Origin: an uncultured Fibrobacterales bacterium
Lineage (GTDB): Bacteria > Fibrobacterota > Fibrobacteria > Fibrobacterales > CAWVXU01
Assembly (NCBI GenBank): GCA_963934255.1
Contig: CAWVXU010000024.1
Location: 1 to 31,290 of the forward strand
Reading direction: 5' to 3'
DNA: 31,290 nt
The stretch's first letter is position 1. Each line of letters begins with the position of its first letter. Positions 1-8,359 of this stretch are shown piece by piece. Made by a program: the position numbers and the translations under genes. The notes under the pieces are model-generated. The model was not told where the DNA came from, made no database searches, and worked only from the letters and a program-made list of their open reading frames with translations.

Positions 1-254
1 TCTTCGCGAGTTTTATTGGGTTGTTCAGTATCAATATTGTTCAAAGCAGTATTAAAGGCTTTTAAAACTTTTAGCTGTATTTTACGAGATAAGCGACGTC
101 CACGACGGGCTTTCATCACAATTTTATGAGTCAATTGCTCATCACAAGCTGTCACTACATCGTTATTAGCCATTTCAAGGTTGGTCATCAAAGCATCAAT
201 AGGTTGAACCCCATTTTCAATAGGAATTTCTGGGTATTTGTTTTCTTCACTCAT
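1..254 (-). CDS. Small conserved hypothetical protein, possibly Cro/XRE-like helix-turn-helix (runs off the window edge)
   Basis: Manual translation MSEENKYPEIPIENGVQPIDALMTNLEMANNDVVTACDEQLTHKIVMKARRGRRLSRKIQLKVLKAFNTALNN..., open to position 1. ATG at 254 overlaps the upstream TGA (ATGA). The HTH call is inference from the helix pattern and basic segment. Confidence 0.75.
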   Translation of the reverse strand, partial: MSEENKYPEIPIENGVQPIDALMTNLEMANNDVVTACDEQLTHKIVMKARRGRRLSRKIQLKVLKAFNTALNNIDTEQPNKTRE

Positions 255-1036
255 TTTTGCTTTTCCAATAAAAGTATTTGATCTACCCAAAGATAACCAC
301 TTTGTCCTGAACTAAACACTACTTTCACTCGGCTACGCTCACTTGCTTTGACTTCTTGAAGAATCTTACCCGGATAATACATCGGGATTTGTGCAAAATC
401 TGCTGAATTCACCAATTTCCCCAATTGCCCACCCTGGACCTGAGCAACGGCTTCAACTCCGATCGATTTCTCATACAAGGGATTAGTAGACCTAATCATA
501 AAAGCAGGATTCTTTTGATTCTGATAATCATCCCAATAATTGACACCACTAATGAAGCTACTTATGAGTATAGCAATGATCAATATACCGACTAGACTAT
601 TTTCCAACCAAGCTAATGATGCTCTAAGAGATAACGCCTTTTCTAAAATGATTGATTTTAATGGAGACACTTTCCATAATAACACTAAGGTGATCAAACA
701 CAAAACGATCATACTGATGAATGCAAATTGCGCTGGATGGTGATTTAAAAAAGCCAAAGGACTGAGGCTTCCAGGTAAATCTCGCGCTTCGATAAGCGAT
801 GCTTTGAGTAATTCTAATTTGGGATGGTAAACATGGTGCCTAGTCGCCATCTCAATTAAATGAAGAGCTTGAACACTTGAGCCTTGTTGGTCCAATGTTT
901 GTGCTGCAACGTGAACCATTTTGGGGTGGAAAATACCCTGTTCAAAACAATAACTCATTTGAGTCAGCGCTTCAGTTTCGTAAGATTGAGATAAAAGACT
1001 TTGTGCCTTAAGCCAGGTGTTTTCACAATTAAACAT
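251..1036 (-). CDS. BatE-like protein (degenerate TPR-like N-terminus, two TM helices, C-terminal SH3-like domain)
   Basis: Follows batD. GGAGG SD. Two hydrophobic segments. C-terminal 'RVKVVFSSGQSGYLWVDQILLL' resembles the SH3b end of BatE. Confidence 0.6.
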   Translation of the reverse strand: MFNCENTWLKAQSLLSQSYETEALTQMSYCFEQGIFHPKMVHVAAQTLDQQGSSVQALHLIEMATRHHVYHPKLELLKASLIEARDLPGSLSPLAFLNHHPAQFAFISMIVLCLITLVLLWKVSPLKSIILEKALSLRASLAWLENSLVGILIIAILISSFISGVNYWDDYQNQKNPAFMIRSTNPLYEKSIGVEAVAQVQGGQLGKLVNSADFAQIPMYYPGKILQEVKASERSRVKVVFSSGQSGYLWVDQILLLEKQK

Positions 1037-2756
1037 TCTTAGCCTCCTGAATCCAAACCAATAGTTTCTTAATTGATTTGAGCCACTCAGTCATCTCATC
1101 TGAATCAAGTGTGATTTCAGAATTCTCACCATAATGATGTTGATTCCATAATGTTTCAATCTTAAAAATTGTTTGAATCATTTCTGTAGATACACCTTTT
1201 TCAACAAGCTCGTTTCTTAATTTTTCATGATCTTCTGAACTCCAAGAGATAGACCACAGTATCTCGAAATATTGATTCCATGCTGATTCAAATTCTAATT
1301 TAATCTTATTATCAAACTCTAATAGGGATAAGTTTGTTAATACTTTTCTCAATTTCTGAATCTCGCGCCGACCTGGTTTTTTCCAACTTGGTGATACTAT
1401 TGGGAAAAACAATCCAATGATCACAAAAAGGGCCCCACCAACAAAAACAAGCTGAGACGTAGAAAGAAATTGAAGTGGATGTTCAGCTAGTACTAAATCA
1501 TTCCATCTAGGTATTTCTTTCATCACAGTATTTGGAGAATTCACTTGGTTTGCTTTTTTTGAAACAAAATCAGCCACCACGCCCTCAACTTTTACTGGCT
1601 CAAATTTCTTCACTAAAACTTGATACTCTTTGCTCTTGGGATTAAAGTAAGCAAATTTAATTTCGCCTAAATCAAGACTACCCGACCTAGTGGGATATAA
1701 ATACCATATCCATGTTTTTGAGGTTTTGAGCTTGCCATTTGAAACCCATGATTTCTTTTGAATCTCAGGCTCTCCTTTATTCCAAATTGCCGGAAGACTC
1801 CATTCTGGCTTTGTGATGTATTCAGGTTTGCCATTCCCTTCAATATTCATCACCACTTTTAAGGGGTCACCATTGGCCAGACTATCCGCTTCTTGATTCC
1901 CACTCATTTGAAACTCCCCTACCATGTCTTTAAAAAATATCGGCTTATTTTGATCTGGCGTAGGGATCACCTGAATAATGCTCGCTCTCGTTTTGTATGA
2001 ACTCTCAATGGGTTCATTCACAATTGTAGTTGAACTGAAGTAACTATTACCCATTTTCTTTTCAACCGTTTTTCTTTGGGGGCGCCCTTGTTTTAAATAT
2101 GAAAACTCCATGGACGGAATTTCTAGCTCCCCGGCTCGAAGTGGGGCAAGGTATGCTTCTTGACTTAACTGCATTCTATATTTTGGGTTCTTACTCTCTT
2201 TCCACTTGAGTTCTTTTTGACGGAAGTTTCCAAGAAACTCCAAACCCAAATCAACCTTGCTTATACTCGGCCCACTGAGTAAATTTTCATAAGCATTATA
2301 GTGGATCCCCAATCGAAATTGTTCTCCAACATAAAGTGTATCTGGAATGCCACTTAAATAAACATCAAGACCCGATGCATCTAGACTTCTAGCAATGGGT
2401 ATATTAAACTGCCCCAAGACATTATCTTTTCCTTGAAAATTCCAAACCAATGTCGCAGGGTGACTTCCTGAATCATCAATTTTCATTTTGATAAAGTATT
2501 GACGTACAGCAATATTCCCTTGAAAGAATCCTCGTTGAATTCCATCTTTTTGCTCAACCCCAAGTATACTACCCTTAGGAACACCAACGAGTCTTGGCAT
2601 TTTTGCCTGAGATGGTATTTTTTCCTTTTGAATAGTGAATATGAATGTAAACTCTTGACCAGCATCAGGCTGAGCCGGGTTTAAACTAATAGACCAAGGG
2701 TTTCTTTGAGCCCAAATCGTTGATGTAATTAAAAGGATGAATAATAGTTTTTGCAT
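1029..2756 (-). CDS. batD: BatD family protein
   Basis: Signal peptide MQKLLFILLITSTIWAQ. BatD-like motifs 'LYVGEQF', 'PLRAGELEIPS', 'MVGEFQM', 'IEGNG', 'FAYFNPKSKEY'. One TM helix near the C-terminus. Start moved to the ATG at 2756 (TAATG overlap). Confidence 0.85.
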   Translation of the reverse strand: MQKLLFILLITSTIWAQRNPWSISLNPAQPDAGQEFTFIFTIQKEKIPSQAKMPRLVGVPKGSILGVEQKDGIQRGFFQGNIAVRQYFIKMKIDDSGSHPATLVWNFQGKDNVLGQFNIPIARSLDASGLDVYLSGIPDTLYVGEQFRLGIHYNAYENLLSGPSISKVDLGLEFLGNFRQKELKWKESKNPKYRMQLSQEAYLAPLRAGELEIPSMEFSYLKQGRPQRKTVEKKMGNSYFSSTTIVNEPIESSYKTRASIIQVIPTPDQNKPIFFKDMVGEFQMSGNQEADSLANGDPLKVVMNIEGNGKPEYITKPEWSLPAIWNKGEPEIQKKSWVSNGKLKTSKTWIWYLYPTRSGSLDLGEIKFAYFNPKSKEYQVLVKKFEPVKVEGVVADFVSKKANQVNSPNTVMKEIPRWNDLVLAEHPLQFLSTSQLVFVGGALFVIIGLFFPIVSPSWKKPGRREIQKLRKVLTNLSLLEFDNKIKLEFESAWNQYFEILWSISWSSEDHEKLRNELVEKGVSTEMIQTIFKIETLWNQHHYGENSEITLDSDEMTEWLKSIKKLLVWIQEAKNV

Positions 2757-3565
2757 TACCAATCCTTTTGACCAGGTCGTGAACGATATTTACGGTGTTC
2801 GCGTTTAGCTTCATTTTCTTGGAATTGCTCAAGTAGTTCTTCGGCAGCACGTTGTTCCATATACTGCATCTTCAGTTTTTCCATTTCCTCTTCGCTTACT
2901 TCAGCTTCGCTTGATTCCCCTTCAATTCCACCTTCTGAATCTGCTTCGGAACTAGATTCTGAGTCATTTGACGCAGACGAACTTCCTGCAGCAGAAGACT
3001 GACCTTCTGCTTCAGATGTTGACTCATCGGATTCATTTGACGAAGTTCCACCATCTCCTGAGGACTCAGTCCCATCTTGAGAGCTTCCATCTTGAGAGCT
3101 TCCATCTTGAGATTGACCATCTTCAGATTCATCAGAATTAGCCGAAGAATTGGCTCCTTGTGATCCGCCAGAAGATTGCCCTCCATCAGACGATTGCCCG
3201 CCATCAGACTGCGCTGAAGAATTCCCATCTTCATTTTGAGATTGATTTTCCTGATCATCAGAATCTTGTGGCGGCTTTTCACCCTCTGGTGGCGGTTCTT
3301 CTACACTATAGTGCTTTCGTTCTTCCTCTTGAATAACTTTAAGACGATCTAATAATAACTTTAACCTTTGAGACTTAGGATAAAGCTCAAGGCCCACAAT
3401 ACACTGCAGCTCAGCTTGATAAAACTGCCCTTTCAAGTATGAACTACCGGCTTTTTCAAAGTATAAATCTTCAGCCAAGACTTCCCATTTTGACTCATCT
3501 TGACAAGCCATCAGGATACAACAAAGCAAAGTGACGATACTATTTAAAAGTTTTGAATTTCTCAT
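2756..3565 (-). CDS. BatC-like lipoprotein with an acidic Ser/Gly low-complexity linker
   Basis: ATG at 3565 overlaps the upstream TAA and has a GGAGGT SD. Lipobox LMAC. One short TPR-like segment. C-terminus 'AAEELLEQFQENE...GQKDW' matches the BatC 'AEQLL...KDW' ending. Confidence 0.7.
   Translation of the reverse strand: MRNSKLLNSIVTLLCCILMACQDESKWEVLAEDLYFEKAGSSYLKGQFYQAELQCIVGLELYPKSQRLKLLLDRLKVIQEEERKHYSVEEPPPEGEKPPQDSDDQENQSQNEDGNSSAQSDGGQSSDGGQSSGGSQGANSSANSDESEDGQSQDGSSQDGSSQDGTESSGDGGTSSNESDESTSEAEGQSSAAGSSSASNDSESSSEADSEGGIEGESSEAEVSEEEMEKLKMQYMEQRAAEELLEQFQENEAKREHRKYRSRPGQKDW
3072..3131. repeat. 15-bp in-frame tandem repeat (about 4 copies, 2 exact)
   Basis: CCATCTTGAGAGCTT x2, CCATCTTGAGATTGA, CCATCTTCAGATTCA. 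Encodes ESEDG-QSQDG-SSQDG-SSQDG on the minus strand. Confidence 0.85.
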
Positions 3566-4233
3566 TAAGGCCACCTCCACTCACCCAGGCGACCCACCCA
3601 AGTCATTTTTCGATCAGGTACAAAACCATTCTGAATGTCTTTTAAATCCAAAGTCCTTAAATGGAAGTCTCTCAACTCAACCGACTTAGAGTCAGTGGAA
3701 AGTCTTTTCAACAAAAGATGTTGTAATGAATCAAATTGCGGTGATGTCCACCTCGTAAGTATATCTGCTTTAAGGGCTTTCAAAGAGTCACTGAGTTCAG
3801 GTGTTTGGACCTGTGATTGAGAAAGTGAATCCATTATTTTATATATTGGGTTTTTCAATTCAACAGCGAGTCCGTGTAATTCAATTGCTCGTTTTTTGGT
3901 TTTTGAATTCAAATTAACTATCGTAAATATTTCATGATTCCATTCCAAAGATTGTCTTAGCAGCCAGAGAGAGTCTAATGAACTTTTGGCTGAGTCTAAT
4001 TGCCATAGGTTTAACCAAGCCAAATCAAGACAAGAGTTAGGGTTTCTGCCACAGTCTTTCTCCCAAGCTAGTCCGGCTTCTAACCATTTTCCATTATTGA
4101 TAGCACTTAAACCTGGGTTGATACGAATATCTTTGGCTTTTGATTCATTTTGATCAAAGCAAGAAACTATTAAAAAGCTTAAGAGTATAATTGAAATCAA
4201 ATTTAAAGCCCTATGACAATTTAACCTTCTCAT
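3565..4233 (-). CDS. Hypothetical lipoprotein in the bat operon
   Basis: Hydrophobic signal with lipobox IVSC. ATGA overlap with batB and TAATG overlap with the next gene. Mostly helical composition. Confidence 0.75.
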   Translation of the reverse strand: MRRLNCHRALNLISIILLSFLIVSCFDQNESKAKDIRINPGLSAINNGKWLEAGLAWEKDCGRNPNSCLDLAWLNLWQLDSAKSSLDSLWLLRQSLEWNHEIFTIVNLNSKTKKRAIELHGLAVELKNPIYKIMDSLSQSQVQTPELSDSLKALKADILTRWTSPQFDSLQHLLLKRLSTDSKSVELRDFHLRTLDLKDIQNGFVPDRKMTWVGRLGEWRWP

Positions 4234-5255
4234 GATACTTTTCTCCTAAAAGAAAAACTCCCACCAAAGATCCATTCAAGTATTAATAAAACTCCGGCGA
4301 CGTATAGGAAATAGTGGTACTTTTGTTCATACTCAATGACTTCAGAGTCATCAATCGAGTCTCTCTCTATATTTCTTATTTCATCTAAAATTTTGGTCAA
4401 TTGAAAACCACCACTCGATGCATGGAAATATTTGCCACCAGTAATACTTGCGATTTCTTGTAATAAGACTTCATTTAAATGTGTTAAAATAGGCTTACCT
4501 TTTGAATCTAATTTTGAACGACCAGGACGCCTAGGGTCTGGGATTTCAACTCCATTTGTCGAACCGATACCCACAGTGTATACTTTGACACCACGTTTTT
4601 GAGCTTGCTCGGCCAGAGCAAGTGCCTTGGTGTCATGTTCTTCTCCATCGGACAAAATGACCATAATTTGTGATTGTAACTGCTCATCTTTAAACCGTCC
4701 TAATGTCGTTTGAATAGCTAAAGCCAAATCAGTTCCTTGCATCACAATTTTCGGATCGAGTTCACGTAAAAAAAGCTTAATTGCATGGTAATCTTGAGTC
4801 AAAGGACAAAGAAGGCGAGTCGTCCCGCCAAAGCCTATCAATCCAACACGATCACCTTCTAAATTATCAATGAAATTCGCAATTTCGTGGCGGGACCTCA
4901 TAAGGCGTGATGGTTTAACATCTTGGGCTAGCATAGATTGAGATATGTCTTGAACGAGGAAAATGTCGAGTGCTTTTGATTGCATCATTCGAGATTTCTC
5001 ACCCCACTGTGGTTGCATATAAGCCAATGTCATCATCACAAAAGCAATCACAATCATCAGCATGGAGAAGATAGGCCCCCATAATTTAGCAGTAGGCATG
5101 AGGTTAGCAAGGACTTTAAATGAGCCAAGACGCTTAAGGAGTAATCGACGACGCCATAAACCCCAAATTAAAAGTAGAGGGAATATAATAGCCAGAGCCA
5201 GATAACTTTGATTTTCGTCTTGCCCCCACATCACCTGTAGTTGAACTAAGCTCAT
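4230..5255 (-). CDS. batB: BatB-like vWA domain protein
   Basis: N-terminal BatA-type TMs and 'QPQWG'. MIDAS DISQS, 'DVKPSRL', 'GDRVGLI', 'PLTQDY', SDGE. Start moved to the ATG at 5255 (ATGA overlap, GGAGG SD). Confidence 0.88.
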   Translation of the reverse strand: MSLVQLQVMWGQDENQSYLALAIIFPLLLIWGLWRRRLLLKRLGSFKVLANLMPTAKLWGPIFSMLMIVIAFVMMTLAYMQPQWGEKSRMMQSKALDIFLVQDISQSMLAQDVKPSRLMRSRHEIANFIDNLEGDRVGLIGFGGTTRLLCPLTQDYHAIKLFLRELDPKIVMQGTDLALAIQTTLGRFKDEQLQSQIMVILSDGEEHDTKALALAEQAQKRGVKVYTVGIGSTNGVEIPDPRRPGRSKLDSKGKPILTHLNEVLLQEIASITGGKYFHASSGGFQLTKILDEIRNIERDSIDDSEVIEYEQKYHYFLYVAGVLLILEWIFGGSFSFRRKVS

Positions 5256-6358
5256 AATGTTGACCTCCAATAAGTCCAACGCATGGCAAATTCAAGTATC
5301 AGAAGACAAAAACTCAAGTAAACCCAGGGCAAAAATTGTTCGTGATACTGCACCCATTGGTTTTCTTTAAACTCAGTCTTTTCGAGTTTGTCAATTTCAC
5401 CATAAATTTTGGCTAATTCTTCTTTATTGGTCGCACGATAATAACGGCCACCTGTTTCCTCAGCAATTTTTGTGAGTGTTACTTCATCAACGCCACTTTG
5501 TTTGTCAACTTCTTGCTCTTGCCAAACTAAGCCACCAAAAAAGCTACGACCAGGTTGTAAAAATGTTCCCGATTTTTTACCCACACCCACAGTGTAAATT
5601 CGAATCCCCAAAGCCTTGGCTACAGAAGCCGCTTTTAGTGGTGCAACTTGTCCCTCATTATTTGCACCATCAGTTAATAGAATGATCAACCGCTCTGGCG
5701 AAGGACTTTCTTTTAACCTAGAGACTGCCACCATTAAGGCATCACCAATTGCAGTTCGTGGAACTAGAACAGAATTCTTACTGACTTCTTTCAAAATATC
5801 TCTTAAAATTTTCCCATCCGTTGTCAGGGGTACTTGAGTCTGAGCTTCACCAGCAAAAATAACTAAGCCCATCCGATCACCCGGTCGTTGTTCTATAAAA
5901 CTATCGAGAACTCTTTTAGCAACACCTAATCTCGAATGGACGTCCTGGCGACCTGATTTATAAAAATCATCAGGATCAATCGACTTGATTTTATTGCGAA
6001 GAGATTCACTCATCAGATCCAATGTTCCCATACTCCCAGAGACATCTAGGCCCAAAATCATATCAACACCATGTGTCTCAATACTTTGCTTGTCTTGCCC
6101 CCAACGCGGCCTAGCCAAAGCCACTACTAATGCACTTAAAACCAAGAGTCTAACAAAATCAGGCAAACGCCTCCACCAAAGACTTTTTGCCCAAAGTCCG
6201 CGGCTTAGGTTTTTAAACTTGGCTACATCAGGATATTTTAAACCTTGAAGCTTTGCTTCCGAACGCTTCCATTTCCATACATAAACCACAATTAAAAGTG
6301 GGATCAAATAGAACCATTCTGGATAAAGCCAGATCGTATCTGGATGCATACCCATCAT
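5252..6358 (-). CDS. batA: BatA-like vWA domain protein
   Basis: 'ALARPR', MIDAS DVSGS, 'RPGDRMGLVIFAG', 'TAIGDAL', 'LLTDGANN', 'IDKLEKT'. Start moved to the ATG at 6358 (ATGA overlap). Confidence 0.9.
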   Translation of the reverse strand: MMGMHPDTIWLYPEWFYLIPLLIVVYVWKWKRSEAKLQGLKYPDVAKFKNLSRGLWAKSLWWRRLPDFVRLLVLSALVVALARPRWGQDKQSIETHGVDMILGLDVSGSMGTLDLMSESLRNKIKSIDPDDFYKSGRQDVHSRLGVAKRVLDSFIEQRPGDRMGLVIFAGEAQTQVPLTTDGKILRDILKEVSKNSVLVPRTAIGDALMVAVSRLKESPSPERLIILLTDGANNEGQVAPLKAASVAKALGIRIYTVGVGKKSGTFLQPGRSFFGGLVWQEQEVDKQSGVDEVTLTKIAEETGGRYYRATNKEELAKIYGEIDKLEKTEFKENQWVQYHEQFLPWVYLSFCLLILEFAMRWTYWRSTL

Positions 6359-7446
6359 TTCGACCACTCCAAATAATCAAGAACAAGACTCAGCCGCACT
6401 TGTAAATCAGAAGCTTCAACTAATTTCTTAGTCGAAATATCATTTGTAATTTCAATTTCCAATCGCACTAATTCAGATTTCCTAGCCTGGTAACTTTGTA
6501 AAACCTCATAGTCCAACAACTTCACCAAATCAATCAAAGCCTTATAAAATCCTTCTACTGACTGTTCATCAAATGAGACTGAATTAAAATTCAACAACTT
6601 CAAACGAGGATCGCTAAAAACAAAACCTTTTACTTGTCGTTTTGACCCAATTCCTTTTTTAAAGGAAACAATTTTCTTGATATTCACACTCTTTTGGTTT
6701 TTTAAAAAATCAGAAATTTGACCCATAGTCAACCCAGGAGTCACATGATTAAATAAAGCACCAATCAGGATATTTATATTCTGGGCTAATTCACCTAACG
6801 AATACTCTTCCTCTCCCAGTTCTTGATCGCCTTCTATTTCTCCCCTATTTATTTGCTCCAACTCTTGAGCTCGAATCCAATTTTTCAATTGACTCAAAAC
6901 ATGAGACTCTCGGCTCATTCGAATCAAGCGTTTGCTCTTTATAAAAAATCGCAACGCAGCTGCCAATACAAACAGCGCTATCACGGCAATGGGTAAAAAC
7001 AATGAATTGTCCAACACCTTTTTCTGATAAGGACGAAGTGACAAAAGCTCTGTTTTCCAAATCGAATCAACTTGTAAATCCAGTGTTTCAAATTTCTCAA
7101 TCGCTAAAACTTGAGGTAAGGAATCACTCACTACATGAATCTTTTGAATCAACTGACCTGAAGAATCACGCATGTCAATAGTATGGACTAAAGAACTTTC
7201 AACATCGCCACCTAAAGCGACCCATGAAATATTCCACTTAACCAAGTCTTTGTTTATCGTTGTTTCTAAATTTTGAAGCTTGGCAAAGGATTGAGGTGAG
7301 TTCGATATAAATAGTTCCGGAACATAAGCGTTTAAATCTTTCAAAGAAACTTCAAACGATTGATGAACGACACCACCTGTCTCAACAGTTTTTTGACTCC
7401 ATATTGAGGCAATAGAATCTAAGGACTTTACATTCACCTCACTCAT
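6355..7446 (-). CDS. Single-TM hypothetical protein between DUF58 and batA
   Basis: 363-aa ORF with ATGA overlaps at both ends and a central TM helix (LFLPIAVIALFVLAAALRFF). This position is commonly occupied in bat operons. Confidence 0.8.
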   Translation of the reverse strand: MSEVNVKSLDSIASIWSQKTVETGGVVHQSFEVSLKDLNAYVPELFISNSPQSFAKLQNLETTINKDLVKWNISWVALGGDVESSLVHTIDMRDSSGQLIQKIHVVSDSLPQVLAIEKFETLDLQVDSIWKTELLSLRPYQKKVLDNSLFLPIAVIALFVLAAALRFFIKSKRLIRMSRESHVLSQLKNWIRAQELEQINRGEIEGDQELGEEEYSLGELAQNINILIGALFNHVTPGLTMGQISDFLKNQKSVNIKKIVSFKKGIGSKRQVKGFVFSDPRLKLLNFNSVSFDEQSVEGFYKALIDLVKLLDYEVLQSYQARKSELVRLEIEITNDISTKKLVEASDLQVRLSLVLDYLEWSK

Positions 7447-8330
7447 TTACGACCTCGAGATTTTTTATTGAAATATTGAATTAAGGGTGAAATCGTTTCT
7501 GAAAACTGTTTTTTTTGGGTGAGTTTTACAAAATCAACACCCATAGTTTTAAATGTCGATTTAAGATCTGCTTGGCGTTTTTCTTCTTTTTTAAATAGTC
7601 GCTTCATGAAGCCGAAGCCACCTGTGTTGAGCCATTCAACTTCTCCTGTTTCCAAATCTTGAACAGGAAGCTTCCCCAGATAAGGCAGTTCACCTTCAAA
7701 TGAGTCCCAAATCTGAAGTGCTATGACTTCATGTTTACGATTAAGATGTTTGAAGTCTTCAAGGTTCGGCATTTGCAAGAAATCGGACAAGAAAATTACA
7801 ATTGAGTTTTTCTTTAAATTCTTTTCTAAACCATCAATCGCATGGTGGACTTCAGTGCCCAGGCCTTGAGGTTGAAATTCTAATAGGTCTCTCACCATAC
7901 GAAGTACGTGTTTACGGCCTTTGGCTGGGGGCACCATTTTCTCAAGGTGATCACTAAAAAGCAACAAGCCCACTTGGTCTTGGTTTTTGATAGCTATAAA
8001 AGCCAAGAGCGAAGCCACCATCGCCATCGTCTCACGCTTAATTGAATGTTTTGACCCAAAAAGCGTGGACGCGGAGCAATCCACTACTAGCATGAGATTA
8101 AGCTCACGCTCTTCATTAAATTGTTTGACATGAGGAGTGTGTGATCTAGCTGTTACATTCCAATCAATGGACCTAACATCATCACCCATCGCATATTCGC
8201 GTACCTGAGCAAACTCCATCCCCTTACCTTTAAAACGAGAATGGTATCCACCAGAAAGCGCAGTATTCATGAGTCTTCGACTCGTGAGTTCAATGCGACG
8301 AACTTGACTTAAAATTTCTTTTGAAATCAT
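7443..8330 (-). CDS. DUF58 domain protein (vWA-like, MoxR-associated)
   Basis: 'GGYHSRFKGKGMEFAQVREYAMGDDVRSIDWNVTAR', 'EEREL', 'DCSAS', 'LSDF'. Confidence 0.95.
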   Translation of the reverse strand: MISKEILSQVRRIELTSRRLMNTALSGGYHSRFKGKGMEFAQVREYAMGDDVRSIDWNVTARSHTPHVKQFNEERELNLMLVVDCSASTLFGSKHSIKRETMAMVASLLAFIAIKNQDQVGLLLFSDHLEKMVPPAKGRKHVLRMVRDLLEFQPQGLGTEVHHAIDGLEKNLKKNSIVIFLSDFLQMPNLEDFKHLNRKHEVIALQIWDSFEGELPYLGKLPVQDLETGEVEWLNTGGFGFMKRLFKKEEKRQADLKSTFKTMGVDFVKLTQKKQFSETISPLIQYFNKKSRGRK

Positions 8331-8359
8331 AATTAAAACAATCTTAATTTATCATGCCA

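Noticed and set aside
2896..3282. 128-aa alternative-frame ORF with 'KMEAL' repeats
   Set aside because: Off-frame reading of the low-complexity repeat linker in the BatC-like gene.
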